DNA of 63,908 bases, filler included, from Reticulomyxa filosa (taxonomy: Eukaryota; Protista; Foraminifera): assembly GCA_000512085.1 (NCBI GenBank). It is 26 parts of 26 records of this genome, joined end to end, with 100 filler letters (N's around TTAATTAATTAA, not from the genome) between each part and the next. Parts side by side here need not be neighbours in the genome. Positions count along the whole stretch, not along the records: positions 22,476 to 25,006 come from ASPP01005021.1; positions 25,107 to 26,757 come from ASPP01041440.1; positions 26,858 to 29,686 come from ASPP01028366.1; positions 29,787 to 31,407 come from ASPP01002385.1; positions 31,508 to 32,507 come from ASPP01036114.1; positions 32,608 to 34,120 come from ASPP01002000.1; positions 34,221 to 36,285 come from ASPP01022657.1; positions 36,386 to 37,453 come from ASPP01044736.1; 18 more parts are not named here. One strand, given 5' to 3'. The notes beneath the pieces are model-generated. The model made no database searches and was not told where the DNA came from. It saw nothing but the letters and a program-made list of their open reading frames with translations. The translations under genes and the position numbers were made by a program. Of this stretch, positions 24,612-37,700 are shown piece after piece; positions within the stretch are counted from its first letter, which is position 1, and each line of letters starts with the position of its first letter.

Positions 24612-25006
24612 ATGACTAAGTGCACTCATGCGTCATTACCAGTATTTGCTGGACTTCAGTTGATCTTGTATACGATTCTTTTACCGATTTCATTGGGTTT
24701 GCTGTGGTACACTTTGAGACACGTCTACGCGAATGCAAAAGTTCCCATCCCATTGCGAATTATGTGTTTGGCTCACATTACGAGTGTTTGTGTATATATC
24801 TTTGTCAATTGGTTTAACTATTCCATTGCACGAGCGGCGACGCTTCAATTGTCATCGACATATTGCCATATTTTCGAGATAATTGCTTGGAAGTTAATGA
24901 ATCCAAATATTGAGAAAAAAAGTAAGCAAACAGGATGTTTTCTGTTTGCTTATTGTATTTGCGTCGAAGAAGGGGGGGGAAGAGTATATCTTGTTGAGAG
25001 ATTGGT
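24612..25006 (+). CDS. Multi-pass (7TM-like) membrane protein, 5' part
   Basis: Hydrophobic helices LQLILYTILLPISLGLLWYTL and IMCLAHITSVCVYIFVNWF, then YCHIFEIIAW and YLVERL. Truncated by contig end. Confidence 0.6.
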
Positions 25007-25106
25007 NNNNNNNNNNNNNNNNNNNNNNNNNNNNNNNNNNNNNNNNNNNNTTAATTAATTAANNNNNNNNNNNNNNNNNNNNNNNNNNNNNNNNNNNNNN
25101 NNNNNN

Positions 25107-26070
25107 AGCAGCCGAGACAAGCGAGATCGCAGTGATCATTATCATTGCAGCGACCTTTGTAATGCTCATTTTAATTTCGATTGGATGGCATTCGAAGAAC
25201 CCACATATTACTAATTGGTTCCGCGTTATTGCAATTTACTCAGCAGGTATCAAAGCAGTCCTTTTTTTGTCGAACAACACGTTTCATTTTGGACATAAGA
25301 AAAACTTTTTGTGTGCGTTGAGTTGTGTGCTATAGCAACGCTGCTGTTTGTATTTATTTGTAACTAGCTTCTTCGACGATATGCATTATCAGTTAGGTGG
25401 CTGCCTTTTTTTTTTGGTTGCTACGTGGGTGCTTCTCACCCTATTTTTTTTTTAAAAAAAGGATTTACTGTTTTGATCCAAAATATTGCTTAGCTCTCCT
25501 GATAAGAAGAGTGAGTTGGAAAAAAGTCCAATTCATTGATTGGCAATGGGTGGGTGGTTGTATTATACGTATTTTACCATACGTGAAATTTGGCGTTTTG
25601 GGTTTTTGGGTCATCCTTTTATGACGTAATAGTTTGTTATACTTATCTTTATTTGTGAGTGTTTTTGAAAAAACTACTGGGTTTGTACGTATTTTTTTTG
25701 ACGAATAAAAATTGGAAAATGTTTTTTTTGTTCTCCGGTGTTGAAATTGAAATTAACAGCAATACGTATGGGTCAATCAGAATCTTACGAAACTTGAAGA
25801 AGATCCAGAGAGACAATGCCACAAAATGAACAAGGTGATTCGAAGCTCCAGACACGATAAGCTGAAATCACTGGCAATGCAATATCTCACGGAGCAATGG
25901 CCAGTAATGAAGTTAGTACTTTTTTTTTTAAAATGAGAAACCTCTAAATGTGTTTGATTTGAATTTTTGAATTTAGGTTGAAGCAGTTTTGCGTGATTCT
26001 GGTAATGCTGAGTAAGTGGCGTCAGCAAGTGACAAGACAACAGCAAAAGAATTTGGAAAAGGTGCAATTG
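25107..26070 (+). CDS. Membrane protein, 3' exons (unknown family)
   Basis: TM-like exons (IAVIIIIAATFVMLILISIGW; IGNGWVVVLYVFYHT) and a soluble exon QYVWVNQNLTKLEEDPERQCHKMNKVIR..., with GT-AG boundaries. Confidence 0.4.
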
Positions 26071-27185
26071 CTTACTTCAAATGCCTACTTGGGAAATAAT
26101 CACCATTTTTATAAGAGTCTTTTTACTTGCTTTAGGAAACGGCTTGCTTATATGGTGTAATCTCCTTGTTTCGCTGGCAACAGCGCTATTTGCAAGGGTT
26201 AAAAAGGGTTTTGAGTTACATAAATTGTAATTCGATCTTGTGAATGAGGAAAGATTAATGAAAAAAGCCTTCTTATTTTTGGCTTTATCAACGTATTGTT
26301 CATTTTTGTCTATTTGGGGGTTTTATGAGATGAAAAATTATTGATTCTTTTTAATTTCACTTGTTATTTGTTTATACTTTGTTTGAACAAACAAAATAAT
26401 TGTAATTTCATCATAACTAACTGAAATCTTTAATGAAAATTCAAGTGTTACGAAACGAAACATGCATGGGTCCAGGTAAGGATTTTTGTACCACAGCCAC
26501 TTCTTTTTGAAAACAGAATAGTCAGTGAGAAAACATGAAAGATAAAGAAATAAAAAAAATGTGACTACCCCCTTTTTGAGCACCTTTTCGATTATATGAT
26601 TTTTTCAACAGAATTTTAGTTTTTACTGTTTTTTTATATTTAAACTTATAACTTGCGTTATTTTGTTAAAAATACACTTATTAATTTCTTTTTTAAACTT
26701 ATTCAACTGGTAAAGCTTTTTTTTGATTCATATGTCGATTTTCATATGTGATTTTCANNNNNNNNNNNNNNNNNNNNNNNNNNNNNNNNNNNNNNNNNNN
26801 NTTAATTAATTAANNNNNNNNNNNNNNNNNNNNNNNNNNNNNNNNNNNNNNNNNNNNTTATCACTTGGAACATTATAACTATTCTGATAACAATTATTAT
26901 TAAAAGACGTAAAATCTACAATTTTAATATATTATTTACAAAAAAATGTTATACTTACGTCATAATGGAATCATGATGACTCCAATATTTCATCTTTTTT
27001 AATTTAATCCAACAAAATCATTTTCACTTTTCTTAAAACTTACTTTCCCACTACAGATTATCTAAATGAATATATTTTGTTGTGTTCTTGCCAAATGATT
27101 GACCCAAATCGGGATTATTAAAGATGACATAATTAGCTTGCTCCATAAAGTTGGGCATTTTTAATTATTGTATCTTTTTTATTTC

Positions 27186-27995
27186 TCAACAAATACACAA
27201 ATGCTTTTGCATCATTTGAATAATTTTTAATGATAGATTTTTATTTATAACTTTGACTAAATTATTTATTGCGTTTTTTGTTGTGCAAAGAGCCAAAAGA
27301 CACCATAATTTGTATTCAAAGAGAATATTGATATAGCTGATTTTTAAACGATGACAATATTCATTAGGTTTTAATTGCAATAATTGATTAAAGTCAGAAT
27401 CAACAATAAACAAAAAATACAAAAGTTAATCAAAATTTAGCCTTATTTCAAGGCAAGAGCAAGTTTAAATTGAGCAAATAAATTAAAATCAACATCTTAA
27501 ACGCAAGAATAAATGTAAAGTACTTTACTTTTGGATATTGTAGTCACTAAACGTTCTTTAATCTTATAATTGCTTTCAGGCAAAGATAAGTCGTTGTTAT
27601 TCAGAATGAATACCTTCATTGCAATGAATTTTTGATTTTACATTGGCTCAACATCCAAAGTGATTGTCTTGCCAGCCAAGGTTTTCACAAACTATTTTTA
27701 ATTCATTGAAACGATTTGTATATTTACACAAATTTAAAAAAAAAAATCATGCATAAAAAAAATAATAAATTATATTTTCTTTGCTCCACTCTTGCAAATG
27801 GAGAACCAAATGCAACGTGCTTTCTTTTTGGATGTTGTAATCACTTATAGTGCTGCCGTCCTCAAATTGTTTTCCAGCAAATATCAAACGTTATTGTTCA
27901 TGAGGAATACCTCATTTGTCTTGGATTTTAGCTTTGATGTTTTGGATTTTATCGTCGGGTTCCACATCCAATGTAATAGTTTTTCCAGTCAAAGC
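27186..27995 (-). pseudogene. Tandem ubiquitin units fused to an unrelated C-terminal region; pseudogene
   Basis: Unit 1 (~27995-27780): [62 protein letters not shown]. Unit 2 (27691-27495): [16 protein letters not shown][del]NVKSKI...*QRLIFA*KQL*D*RTFSDYNIQK*STLHLFLRLR. An intron-like block separates them. Confidence 0.9.
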
Positions 27996-30040
27996 TATTT
28001 TTTTGCAATCACAAAAAAATTACTACTTGAAAAAAAAAATAACTTCTAAAAAAAAAATTACTACTTAAAAAAAAACTAGCCTCTTGCAAACAAAATTTTA
28101 CTACGTTAGATTCGATCCAACGTGATGATTTTTTCACAAAGCCGTTTAAACAAAGCATTTAAATTTAAGTAAATAAAATCAAAAAAATTAAACATACATT
28201 TGTATCGCCATATTGTATCTTTTAATTGAAATTTAATTTATTGAGAAATCAAAGTCTGAAGTTGATATTTCAAATGTCAATTAGATTTTTTGGTTCATGG
28301 ATTATGACGTAAATGTACTTTGAATAAACTTTGTCTTATATTGTTTATTCTTTTTTGTAAGTTTGCACTATTTGACGTTAATATAACAATTTTTTATCCT
28401 GTATTGTTAAACGTTTTCCGCTAGTTTACATTTATTTGATTTGTGAAAGAATATGCTTGAGCAATTGCGCATTTAGAAACTTGCAGCTTCTACAATCGGG
28501 CTAATTCCAACTGTTCAGTTCAAAGATCACGGAAGTGTTCATTTTGTAATACTTTTTGTTGATCGGGCAACATACTTGATTTCAAGGAATTGGTTTTTTT
28601 GTTTTGCTAAAAGAATATATAGTAAACATTAAATGTCACTTTGATTGAAAATAGTTGAATTACAACTGTTTCTTTATTTAAAAAATACAACAAAGATAGA
28701 ATTTAGTCAGCACTATGAAACAAATTTCCACTTGATGCCTCTTTAAAATATATTAGCATTATAAAAGATGAAATGTAAATAGAAATAAACGTTAAAAATA
28801 CTTGATCATTGGACAATATTCTGCAAAGCCAAAAGCATAACCAAGATTTGTGCAAAAAAAATTTACAGTTTTTTGATATTTACAACGAAACTTGTTCATG
28901 TTAAAAACAATTAATTAAATAATTTTTAAATTGTGTGCACCTGTTCTTTTTTTTAAGTTGGGGCAATACGATTATTTTAATAGCCGACATCCCCAAGCTT
29001 TCATATGCTTGAATACCAAAACTTCGGGCAACAGGTAAGTACTCACAATGTCTTATAATACATAATGTATTTACAGCAAACGAGAATTCTTCATTATTGT
29101 ATTGGTATTTTCAAGGAGTATATATTAATTTGCATACAAAAACATTTGATTCTAGTATCAAAATAAAAGAACCTTTTAGTGATAGTCAATCAAGCAACAA
29201 AATTTCTTTTGATTGCAGGCAGCCAAGACAATAAAGCAAACATGTCCATAAGAAGTAACACAATATATTTTTAAAGCAGATTTATCACCAAGATCATAAT
29301 TAGTAAAATGGCTATCATTGTGATATCTTATTAACATGTATGTATTTCATTCAGTAAAGCATTAAAATAATCTTGCACACTTATATTAGTCATATACAAA
29401 ATGCATTCTTATCATTGCAAACTATTATTACAGCTCATGACAACCCAACGTTGATCAACACGTATTCTAAGCTTCCACATTATGTTCATTCTTCTTATAA
29501 TACTCATTAGCGATGTAGCCATGTAGTGATGAAGTCGAAATTAGCACAATCATAGATAATATCATTTATTCTAGCGAATCATCTTTCGAGCAAACTAACG
29601 ATGATTATACTGCAAATATAATTCCAATGGTATTTTATTGCTCAATCTATAGTTATTGCACACTACAGTAGGTTGCAAAGAAAACTNNNNNNNNNNNNNN
29701 NNNNNNNNNNNNNNNNNNNNNNNNNNNNNNTTAATTAATTAANNNNNNNNNNNNNNNNNNNNNNNNNNNNNNNNNNNNNNNNNNNNATGTTCGTTTTTGT
29801 AATGCCGTCTTTTCCACAACAAACAATACAGTCCCAATGGCCTTTGCTACCAGAAAACAAAAGAGGAACAATGTTGGAAACAAATCATGGAAGTAAAGAG
29901 ACTGTGGAAGACATTATTGAAGTCATTTCAACGGCAGAAATAATAAACAAAGAATCATAAATCAGCGACTGAGCAAATCGTCAAAAAAAACTTGAGTAAT
30001 TGCTTAGCAAGTATGGGAACCACTTCGTCTAGCACAAGGT

Positions 30041-30282
30041 TGGATAATTGTGAAAATCTTAATGGAAAGGGGATACCCTCACACAACTGCCGATAAGAAA
30101 GTTTTGCGATAAGTTGCCAATGTTATTTTGAACTATAATGATGAATTGAAGAACCTGAGACATCGAGCGAAATGGAAAAAAACTACGAATTACATAATGG
30201 CCAAGTCATTACCATTGATGATGAATGATTCCGATGGCCAGAAGTTTTGTTCAAGCCAAAGCTCATTGGATTTGAAACTCCG
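30041..30282 (+). pseudogene. Actin internal fragment, pseudogene
   Basis: IVKILMERGYPHTTADKKVLR*...[47 protein letters not shown] matches actin KILTERGY...[20 protein letters not shown]. Confidence 0.88.
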
Positions 30283-30439
30283 ATTGCGAAAGGAAGCCAC
30301 AAAAAAGGGTATGTTTGTGTGGAAAAAAAAGGAGTTTTTTTTTCTTCAAAAAACAAACAAAAAAAAAAGAAAAATTCAAGAACATTCTCGATTGTGCCAC
30401 TTGTTAATTGAACAATTGATAGTGGATGTGTGAGCAACA

Positions 30440-31075
30440 TGGATAATCCTTCAGCAATTACTGGTGTAACATTGATAAACGCTTTGGGGAAAACCGTCAG
30501 TCAACAAAGAACCCATTCAGTATGACAGTCAGTGGTGTTTATAACACTAAAAAATTGGATGATGTGGTTACTAGACGTATTGAACAAGGGACAATTATCT
30601 ATGGCGTCCTGCTCGTTTTTATCCAACGAACACAACTAGCAAAGCATTTTCTATTGAAATGCACCACAAAACAGTCGGCAAAACCGAAGCTGGTAACAGC
30701 GTCGGTGTAAACATGAAAAAATTGAAAAAGGAAAATATACCACACACTGGTGGTGTGATGTGTACTGATGACCCTGCTTTACATCATAACCCACCACAAC
30801 AAGCAACCAAATTTACTGCTTTGGTATTTGTTCGAGATCGTCCAGGACAATTGGAATCTGTAACTAATGGTAGAAAAGGCAACTATGAAACATAAAGGAG
30901 GATTTACCACATCGACTCATATCCGAACTGCTAAAGCTCATTGTCAAATGTTGGAAATCAAATGAAACATGGGAAAAGCAACAAATAATGCAAAAGTTGA
31001 GGGCACCACTTTCATTGAGACTGGCGACCAAGCTGAAGTTGTATTTGCTCCAAAAATGAGATTAGTTGTGACCTG
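30440..31075 (+). pseudogene. EFL: Elongation factor-like (EFL) domain II-III fragment, pseudogene
   Basis: ITGVTLINAL...PFSMTVSGVYN...DVVTRRIEQG; FSIEMHHKTV..AGNSVGVNMKKLKKENIPHTGGVM; GGFTTSTHIRTAKAHCQMLEIK*NMGKAT...GDQAEVVFAP. EMHHK, DV..GRxEQG and MGKxT fit EFL rather than EF-1alpha. Confidence 0.85.
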
Positions 31076-31507
31076 TGCAGATCACTAAGTATGTCAAAAA
31101 GAATTTCTTGTATATATATGATGTCGTGTATAATGTAATAATTATATTGTATCGTGTTGTTATTATTATTAGGAAGAATGGCTGCAATGGACACAAGCTC
31201 GTTGATTATGTTGGGAAAAGTTGTGTCAGTAATGCAAATGACAGAACAAAATAATTGAGACATGATTCGACACAAACAGTTTTCAATGAATGGTTATTTG
31301 TTCCAATAATCCCCTTTAAAAAAAAGAAAAAAAATGTTATTAAAAAATAAAGTGTTCAATCATTCGTTTGTGTGTGTGTGAAATTTATATGTTAGTCATT
31401 TAAGTCANNNNNNNNNNNNNNNNNNNNNNNNNNNNNNNNNNNNNNNNNNNNTTAATTAATTAANNNNNNNNNNNNNNNNNNNNNNNNNNNNNNNNNNNNN
31501 NNNNNNN

Positions 31508-31870
31508 AAAAAAAAACACGACGATCGACATGTCTTTCCAAATATTATTATCTAAGCGACCAACTCTAATGGTGGTCATGACTTTGATGAAGTAATTGGT
31601 CCATGCATTTGGGGATCGAAATTCCATTTCATCGACCTTTTCGACAACACTTTCCGAGTTGCGATCGGACCATGGCAATGATCAGTTCGGCCAAGTAGGC
31701 GAATTCTTCATTGAAAAGATACTTCAACTGGCCATAATCGATAATCACGAGACGTCCATCGGGCGTGATCATGATGTTGTCAGAATGAGTGTCTCCATTG
31801 AACTTTCTGTTTTTGAAAATTTGATACTCGTGCACCAAAATCGTCTTCAGAAAAAGCACCAGATTGAGCA
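31508..31870 (-). pseudogene. ABC1/ADCK atypical kinase fragment, degenerate
   Basis: HEYQIFKNRKFNGDTHSDNIMITPDGRLVIIDYGQLK versus ABC1 consensus QIF..G.F.ADPHPGN...DGRL.L.DFG. Frameshift downstream. Confidence 0.75.
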
Positions 31871-32926
31871 CCAAGAGCACATCATACGAGAGATAGAGCA
31901 CTGACGCTGACAGGCTATCAGGCCACATTAGCGGGATACACAGCAGGGTAAGCATGCAATTGAGTAAAACGTTAGTGTGTTGTCCAAATCTCTCAGTTTC
32001 TTTAATGTGTAAGATAAAAGATTATCATGCACAAGCATGAAGGGGGAGAAGGAGAAAAAGTTCGTAAAGCAACAAACGTGTATATGTGTGCGAAAACATA
32101 AATTCGTAGTACTTAAAGTTAAAACAATTTTAAAAAATAAATAAAAAGTTTAGTAATTTTGGGAAATAAAAATTAGAAGGTCATTTTTTTTTTTTTTTTA
32201 CTTGATAATGGTGATGAGTTAAACAAACACAGCGGAACGGGTGACGAGAACAAAATAAAAGGGTTTTATATTGTAATAAATGAACTTTTAAAGTGTAGGC
32301 TGCTATTGAAGAGTCAACAAAAAAAAATGATGAAAAAGAGCGGTCACTGTGGTGGGTGTTATGGTGTAACACTTTGGTTGTGTGGATGATATTGGTAACG
32401 GCTGGCGACACGAGCGCGTATCCGTCAGACGACCCTTGCATTGGGTGCCACCAAGTAAAACTGTTCAACAGAAGGCTGGGTGTATGTGTGGCATTGTCAA
32501 CAAACCGNNNNNNNNNNNNNNNNNNNNNNNNNNNNNNNNNNNNNNNNNNNNTTAATTAATTAANNNNNNNNNNNNNNNNNNNNNNNNNNNNNNNNNNNNN
32601 NNNNNNNATATATATGTATATATATATTACATCATATATACATGTATATATGCGAGTGTTTTTTTGTTTTGGATAGAAATGGAACTGGGTCCTCAAAATA
32701 GTGCTGTGGCACAATTCCACTGGCTTCCAATTGCTGTTGAGATGGTCGATGGGATATCCGTCTTTGCAAGACTTTTCCGATTTCCTCCTATCCAAAATGT
32801 TGATGAGCATATATACACATATATACATATACATGTACATATATGTATATATATTATATATGCATATATAACAGACTTGATTGTTTTCATCATTGTCATT
32901 TCTACTGTTGAATAAAATGTTCCTCG

Positions 32927-33376
32927 TTACTGTCGACGATTGACTCTTGTGACCATAGCCATAGCCATTGCCATAGCCATAGCTGTCTCGTCATCGTCGT
33001 TGTCGTTGTTGTTGTCGTTGTCCTCGTTGTCATTGTCTCGCTTCTTTTGTTTGGTCAATGCGATCCGTGCTACCTCTTCTCTTCGTTTCAAAGCCCCGTG
33101 ACCGGGCTTACAGTTGAAATACTGTATCCCTTTGTAACTCCCAGCGCTCCCCTCTTCCACTTCGTTGTCCAGTTCTATCCCGACCCATTCACCGTCTTCT
33201 TCGTCTACTCTTCCAATGTATCGAACTGTTCCATACTGCTGCTCTATTTTATGTTTGTTTCCATTGTTTGTTTGGTGTTTCTTTCGCTTACTTCTTCTTC
33301 AACGAGTTTCTGTTTTACCTGCCATGATTTCCACACGCTCGCCAACTTTTAATATCCATTCCATTGATGTTGACAT
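32927..33376 (-). CDS. CAP-Gly domain protein (one intron after ...IMA; may extend to a further exon near 32700-32800)
   Basis: LKVGERVEIMA|EQQYGTVRYIGRVDEEDGEWVGIELDNEVEEGSAGSYKGIQYFNCKPGHG. Confidence 0.85.
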
Positions 33377-33830
33377 TAATGAGAAGATACAAAATTATAT
33401 CCAAGCACTTTGGGAGATGATAATGTTGTTTTTTTAGGGAAAGTTTTCGCAACCTATTTACCGCTGCACTGCCTTTTGAAGTAATGGGCTGTCCAAAAGA
33501 TTATGCAGCTGCTTGTTCCTTTTTTTGTAAAAAATATTAATTTATATTGTGAATTGAAAGGAAGAGATTGGAGAAATAAGAGCAAAATATTTTATATTTA
33601 TGTAAATCTAAGGAGAGTCGAAGTTCAAATTCTATTTCAAAATAACAAAGAACGGACCTGGATTTATTGTTTCATGTTCAAATGATAAAATACTTCGAAT
33701 TTAAGCAACAATATTTTATTACAGTAAACAAAAATAACTTATTTACCACCATTTTTAAAGTCTTTGTTTGTGCAAGTTCTTCAAAAATCTTTTTTTTTAT
33801 AACTTCTCAATTGATTAATATTTTTGAACA

Positions 33831-34066
33831 ATGTCTTTGTTTAAAGCATATGTAAATGTTGGAGGAAAAATGCATACGATAATGTTGCCAACTTTGACAA
33901 TGGAACACTTAAAACAACAAGTGGTTAACTTTACTCAGCCAGTGCACACGAATGATGTATCAATAACGATTATCGACGGAAATAATTGTCCTATTGAAAC
34001 TGATGAAAATGTGGTGAATGCTTTTAAAATTGAACCTGTATATTTTACTGTCCAATTTCGATCAGG
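33831..34066 (+). CDS. First exon of a protein with an N-terminal PB1/ubiquitin-fold-like domain
   Basis: MSLFKAYVNVGGKMHTIML...LKQQV...TIIDGNNCPIETDENVVNAF resembles the PB1 pattern (K in beta-1, acidic D..D motif). GT donor at ~34066. Confidence 0.45.
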
Positions 34067-34220
34067 TTTTTTTATTTTTTTTTCTAATTATTATATTTTG
34101 ATTTTTAAGTTATAAAAAAANNNNNNNNNNNNNNNNNNNNNNNNNNNNNNNNNNNNNNNNNNNNTTAATTAATTAANNNNNNNNNNNNNNNNNNNNNNNN
34201 NNNNNNNNNNNNNNNNNNNN

Positions 34221-36285
34221 ATCTTCCAAAAGTCTGTGTTGATAGTCAGTGGGAAGACTCCAAACTCGGGACACGACAGCAATTCCACAAGTTGTTGAGG
34301 GCCGTCATTTGGCTTTGCCGTAATGTTACTGTGTACCCATATGCTTATGCTCTGCAACAAAAACTCTTTCAAAACTGTCTTTATGTTGTCTTGTATTGGA
34401 TACGTAAATAGTCGCAGCCAAAATGTTGGAGATTTTCCCTCCGTCGTAAGTCTTTTTAACAGTTTTCGTACGACTTCCTTAAGCTCACTACTTGGAATCG
34501 AATCACCTGAGGAACTCTGTTTTTTCCCCCCCCCCCTTGCATCAATATTGTTTATGTTTTGCAAAAAAATACAAAAAATTTCAATTTTTTGTTTTTTTTA
34601 ACTACCCAAAGCAATTCGAAAATAGCCATAGTGTTTTGTTTCCATAAATTATGTCAGTGTCAATATAATGTTGCATAGTCTCCAATACAGCCTCCCAAGT
34701 TTGCCAACTGTTTTCAAACAGATTGTCTTTTTTTAAAAAAAAAGACAGAGTGATAAGAAAGGATATAAAGTGAGTATACTATACATTGCGCTTTTGTTTT
34801 GCACAATAAAGCCGATGAATAAGAGGAAATCATCCTCGGACTTAATCAATGCAGCTTGGAAAAGTTTTTCATTAAATCCCTTGAAAAGCGCTTTTCGAAC
34901 CTGCTCGTCCTGCAACGCATTGTTTTTGCAGAGATGTGCCACAAATGGACTCCATTTTTCAATGTGATGTTTATAGACTCCATAAATCACATTCCAACAT
35001 ATAGTGTTATTAATGCTCCACATTCTCTTCCACGAATTTGCTGTCATCAGAGAATTGTCTATCAAAAACTCGAGCATTGCTTCCGACAGTGTATCGTCTT
35101 TACAGCTATTCAACACATGGATCAATTGTTCTTCGGCAAATAGTTTCACATTGTCACCAACCACTTGTCGCAACTTTAAATCAGTTTCAATGACGTCCAT
35201 ACATTTTTGGTCCATTTGCTCCACTTTTTGAATATGTTGGAAACGAAAACGAGGCAACATACTTTGCTTTGTTTCACGGGTGCTTGTTCTTGTTAAAAGA
35301 TTAAAGCAAGGTATTAAAACAAACATATTGAAATGCTCAGCTTTGGGATGGTTCCCAGCCGATTGTCCATTAATGTTATTTTTCAAGTCACTCAATAATA
35401 TACTGTACACCCATGTATTCGTTGCACAATTTGCAATTTTTACGATACTTTGCACGGCAAGAAACAATTGCCACGGAGATAACCACTGTCTTCGTTGATC
35501 TCCCATTCGTTCACATAGAAATACAAACTGATATACGGATTCGAAAATGGACGTACCTTTATCAAATTGTTGGATTTTTTCTTTTAGTAAAGACTGCAGA
35601 TCGTCGATTTGTGCTTGCAATACCGTGTCCATGTCACGTATTGCAGACAGTGCAAATTGAAATGATTCTTCATCGTGGATGCTTTCCATTAGGTGCTGCA
35701 CTATGTACACGTATGGAGATTTCTGTTTTGCGAAAAGATTACTGAAGAAACTACCAAGGCCTTGACTATTCTTCAATTCAACAAAATAGGCACAGCTGCG
35801 AGATGAGATTTCCGGTAACAACTGTAGATCTCTCCATTGCACACGAACAGTCCAAGTGGTGTTCTCTGGCATTGCAAAACATGCAAAGTACAATGACTGT
35901 GCTTCATCACACACTAGTTTCATTCGATAGGCCACACCTTTTTTTTTTTTTTTTGTAATGATTTTTGTGCATTTATTTTCTCATGCAGTGCTTGTGTTTT
36001 TTTAGATTAGTCACTCTATTTCTTTCTACGTATACATATATGTATGTGGTACCTTTTTCAATGGATGGAAATAGTACTAGCACGTGTTTTTTATCATTAG
36101 CTTGCGTTTCGGGCAAGTAAACATAGAGTTTCACAATTTTAAAATTTTTATCAGTGGGACAATTTCCAAAAATAATCAAACCGGCTTGCGTTTCACGTTC
36201 GATAAGATTCTCTTCGATCACAATGTCACGACATTGCTGCCGTAATTGTGGGCACATATTTTCTGTTTGCTTGTGAAACTCATTT
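34221..36285 (-). CDS. Internal exons of a large helical hypothetical protein
   Basis: 400-aa open frame at 34733-35935 plus flanking coding exons (36060-36285, 34600-34725, 34221-34520) separated by homopolymer-rich introns. Confidence 0.7.
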
Positions 36286-37700
36286 NNNNNNNNNNNNNNN
36301 NNNNNNNNNNNNNNNNNNNNNNNNNNNNNTTAATTAATTAANNNNNNNNNNNNNNNNNNNNNNNNNNNNNNNNNNNNNNNNNNNNTTGTGTTGTTTGTTT
36401 TCAGATGACTACTTGTTGATTTTTTTTAACTTTTTTTCAGAGAATTGCCTTTTATTTGTCTGTATTATTATGTACTTTTTGCAATGTTTCTATCATTCAA
36501 TATACTGTTGTAGTGGTCTCATCAAAGACATACAGTGACAAATGCGCTTTGGGAGCCCAAGACTGTGAGGAGACAAAAAAAACTTTCCTCCACATTAAAA
36601 TGACCAAAGTTCGAACTGTGCGTCTAGTTTCCCAAAAACTCAACGAAAAATCAAAAATTTTTCTTTTATTTTTTGTCATAAAACAAGTTGTTATAACGAT
36701 TTTTTTTAACTACAAAGGATTATAAAAGCTTATTTGTTTATTTTAATGTTTAATGCAACAGTATCTTTTTAATAAATGCTGTTTGAAAGCATTAAACTTT
36801 ACCCTTCTTCGAGAAGGCACTTTTAGACAAAAGATTGTCCAATCTCATTATTGCAATCCACAACTTCATTGACATCGTAATTTTATTATTTTGCGAAAAG
36901 CGTCTTATGTTTTGCTTTTCTTAAATACAATAAATCATATTCTTCAATAAAAAGAAAATATTATAAAAAGTGTCATGCATGTGTTAATGTTGGTACCCCA
37001 TATATATTTAAATTTCAAAATTGAATATAAACCGGCGAAGTGTAAAAAATAATTTCCCAACGCAAGAATATTTTGTTGATATGCTTATTGTTTTTCTTAA
37101 TTTAGTCTAATGGTTTATCTGCAGTAATAAAGCAAATACACATACTAAACGCATCTTATATGCATAACATTTTTTTTTTAAATTTTACAACATCTTTTAT
37201 TTTCTATACGTTGTTTTGTTTTTTAAAAAAAAACTGATAAGATTTATATGTTGAATAATTATACTAAAAGACAAAACTTGCTGTCAACATATCTTTCTTT
37301 AACAATGTTTAAAAAGTCGTACATGAAATTCTGATTGTACTATTCAAATTTAAAGATAATTTAATTAATTGATTTAATCATTGTTTTATATGTAGTTTTC
37401 ATTGTAATCTTTTAAATGACAAAAAGAGTTCTCGCATTATGTATGTAATATGANNNNNNNNNNNNNNNNNNNNNNNNNNNNNNNNNNNNNNNNNNNNTTA
37501 ATTAATTAANNNNNNNNNNNNNNNNNNNNNNNNNNNNNNNNNNNNNNNNNNNNAACAAGAAATAACACAAAACCAAATGCAAATAATTTCATTAGTATGA
37601 ATTGTCTCGGTGGTTCAAATGAAGCGAATGACACCAATTTTGCAACGTGAAAACTAAATTTTAGCTACGATTTTCAAATGAAGCGGGTCGTCTTGAGAGT

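Noticed and set aside
27495-27995. Alternative genetic code (TAA=Gln or TGA sense) suggested by in-frame stops in ubiquitin
   Set aside because: The stops replace different residues (Q, E, G) and co-occur with deletions and missense changes. Intact genes (Rab7, MTP, Yippee, SDR, TERT) end in TAA.
30440-31075. Canonical EF-1alpha
   Set aside because: Residues EMHHK, KENxP and MGKxT fit EFL, and the copy is disrupted.
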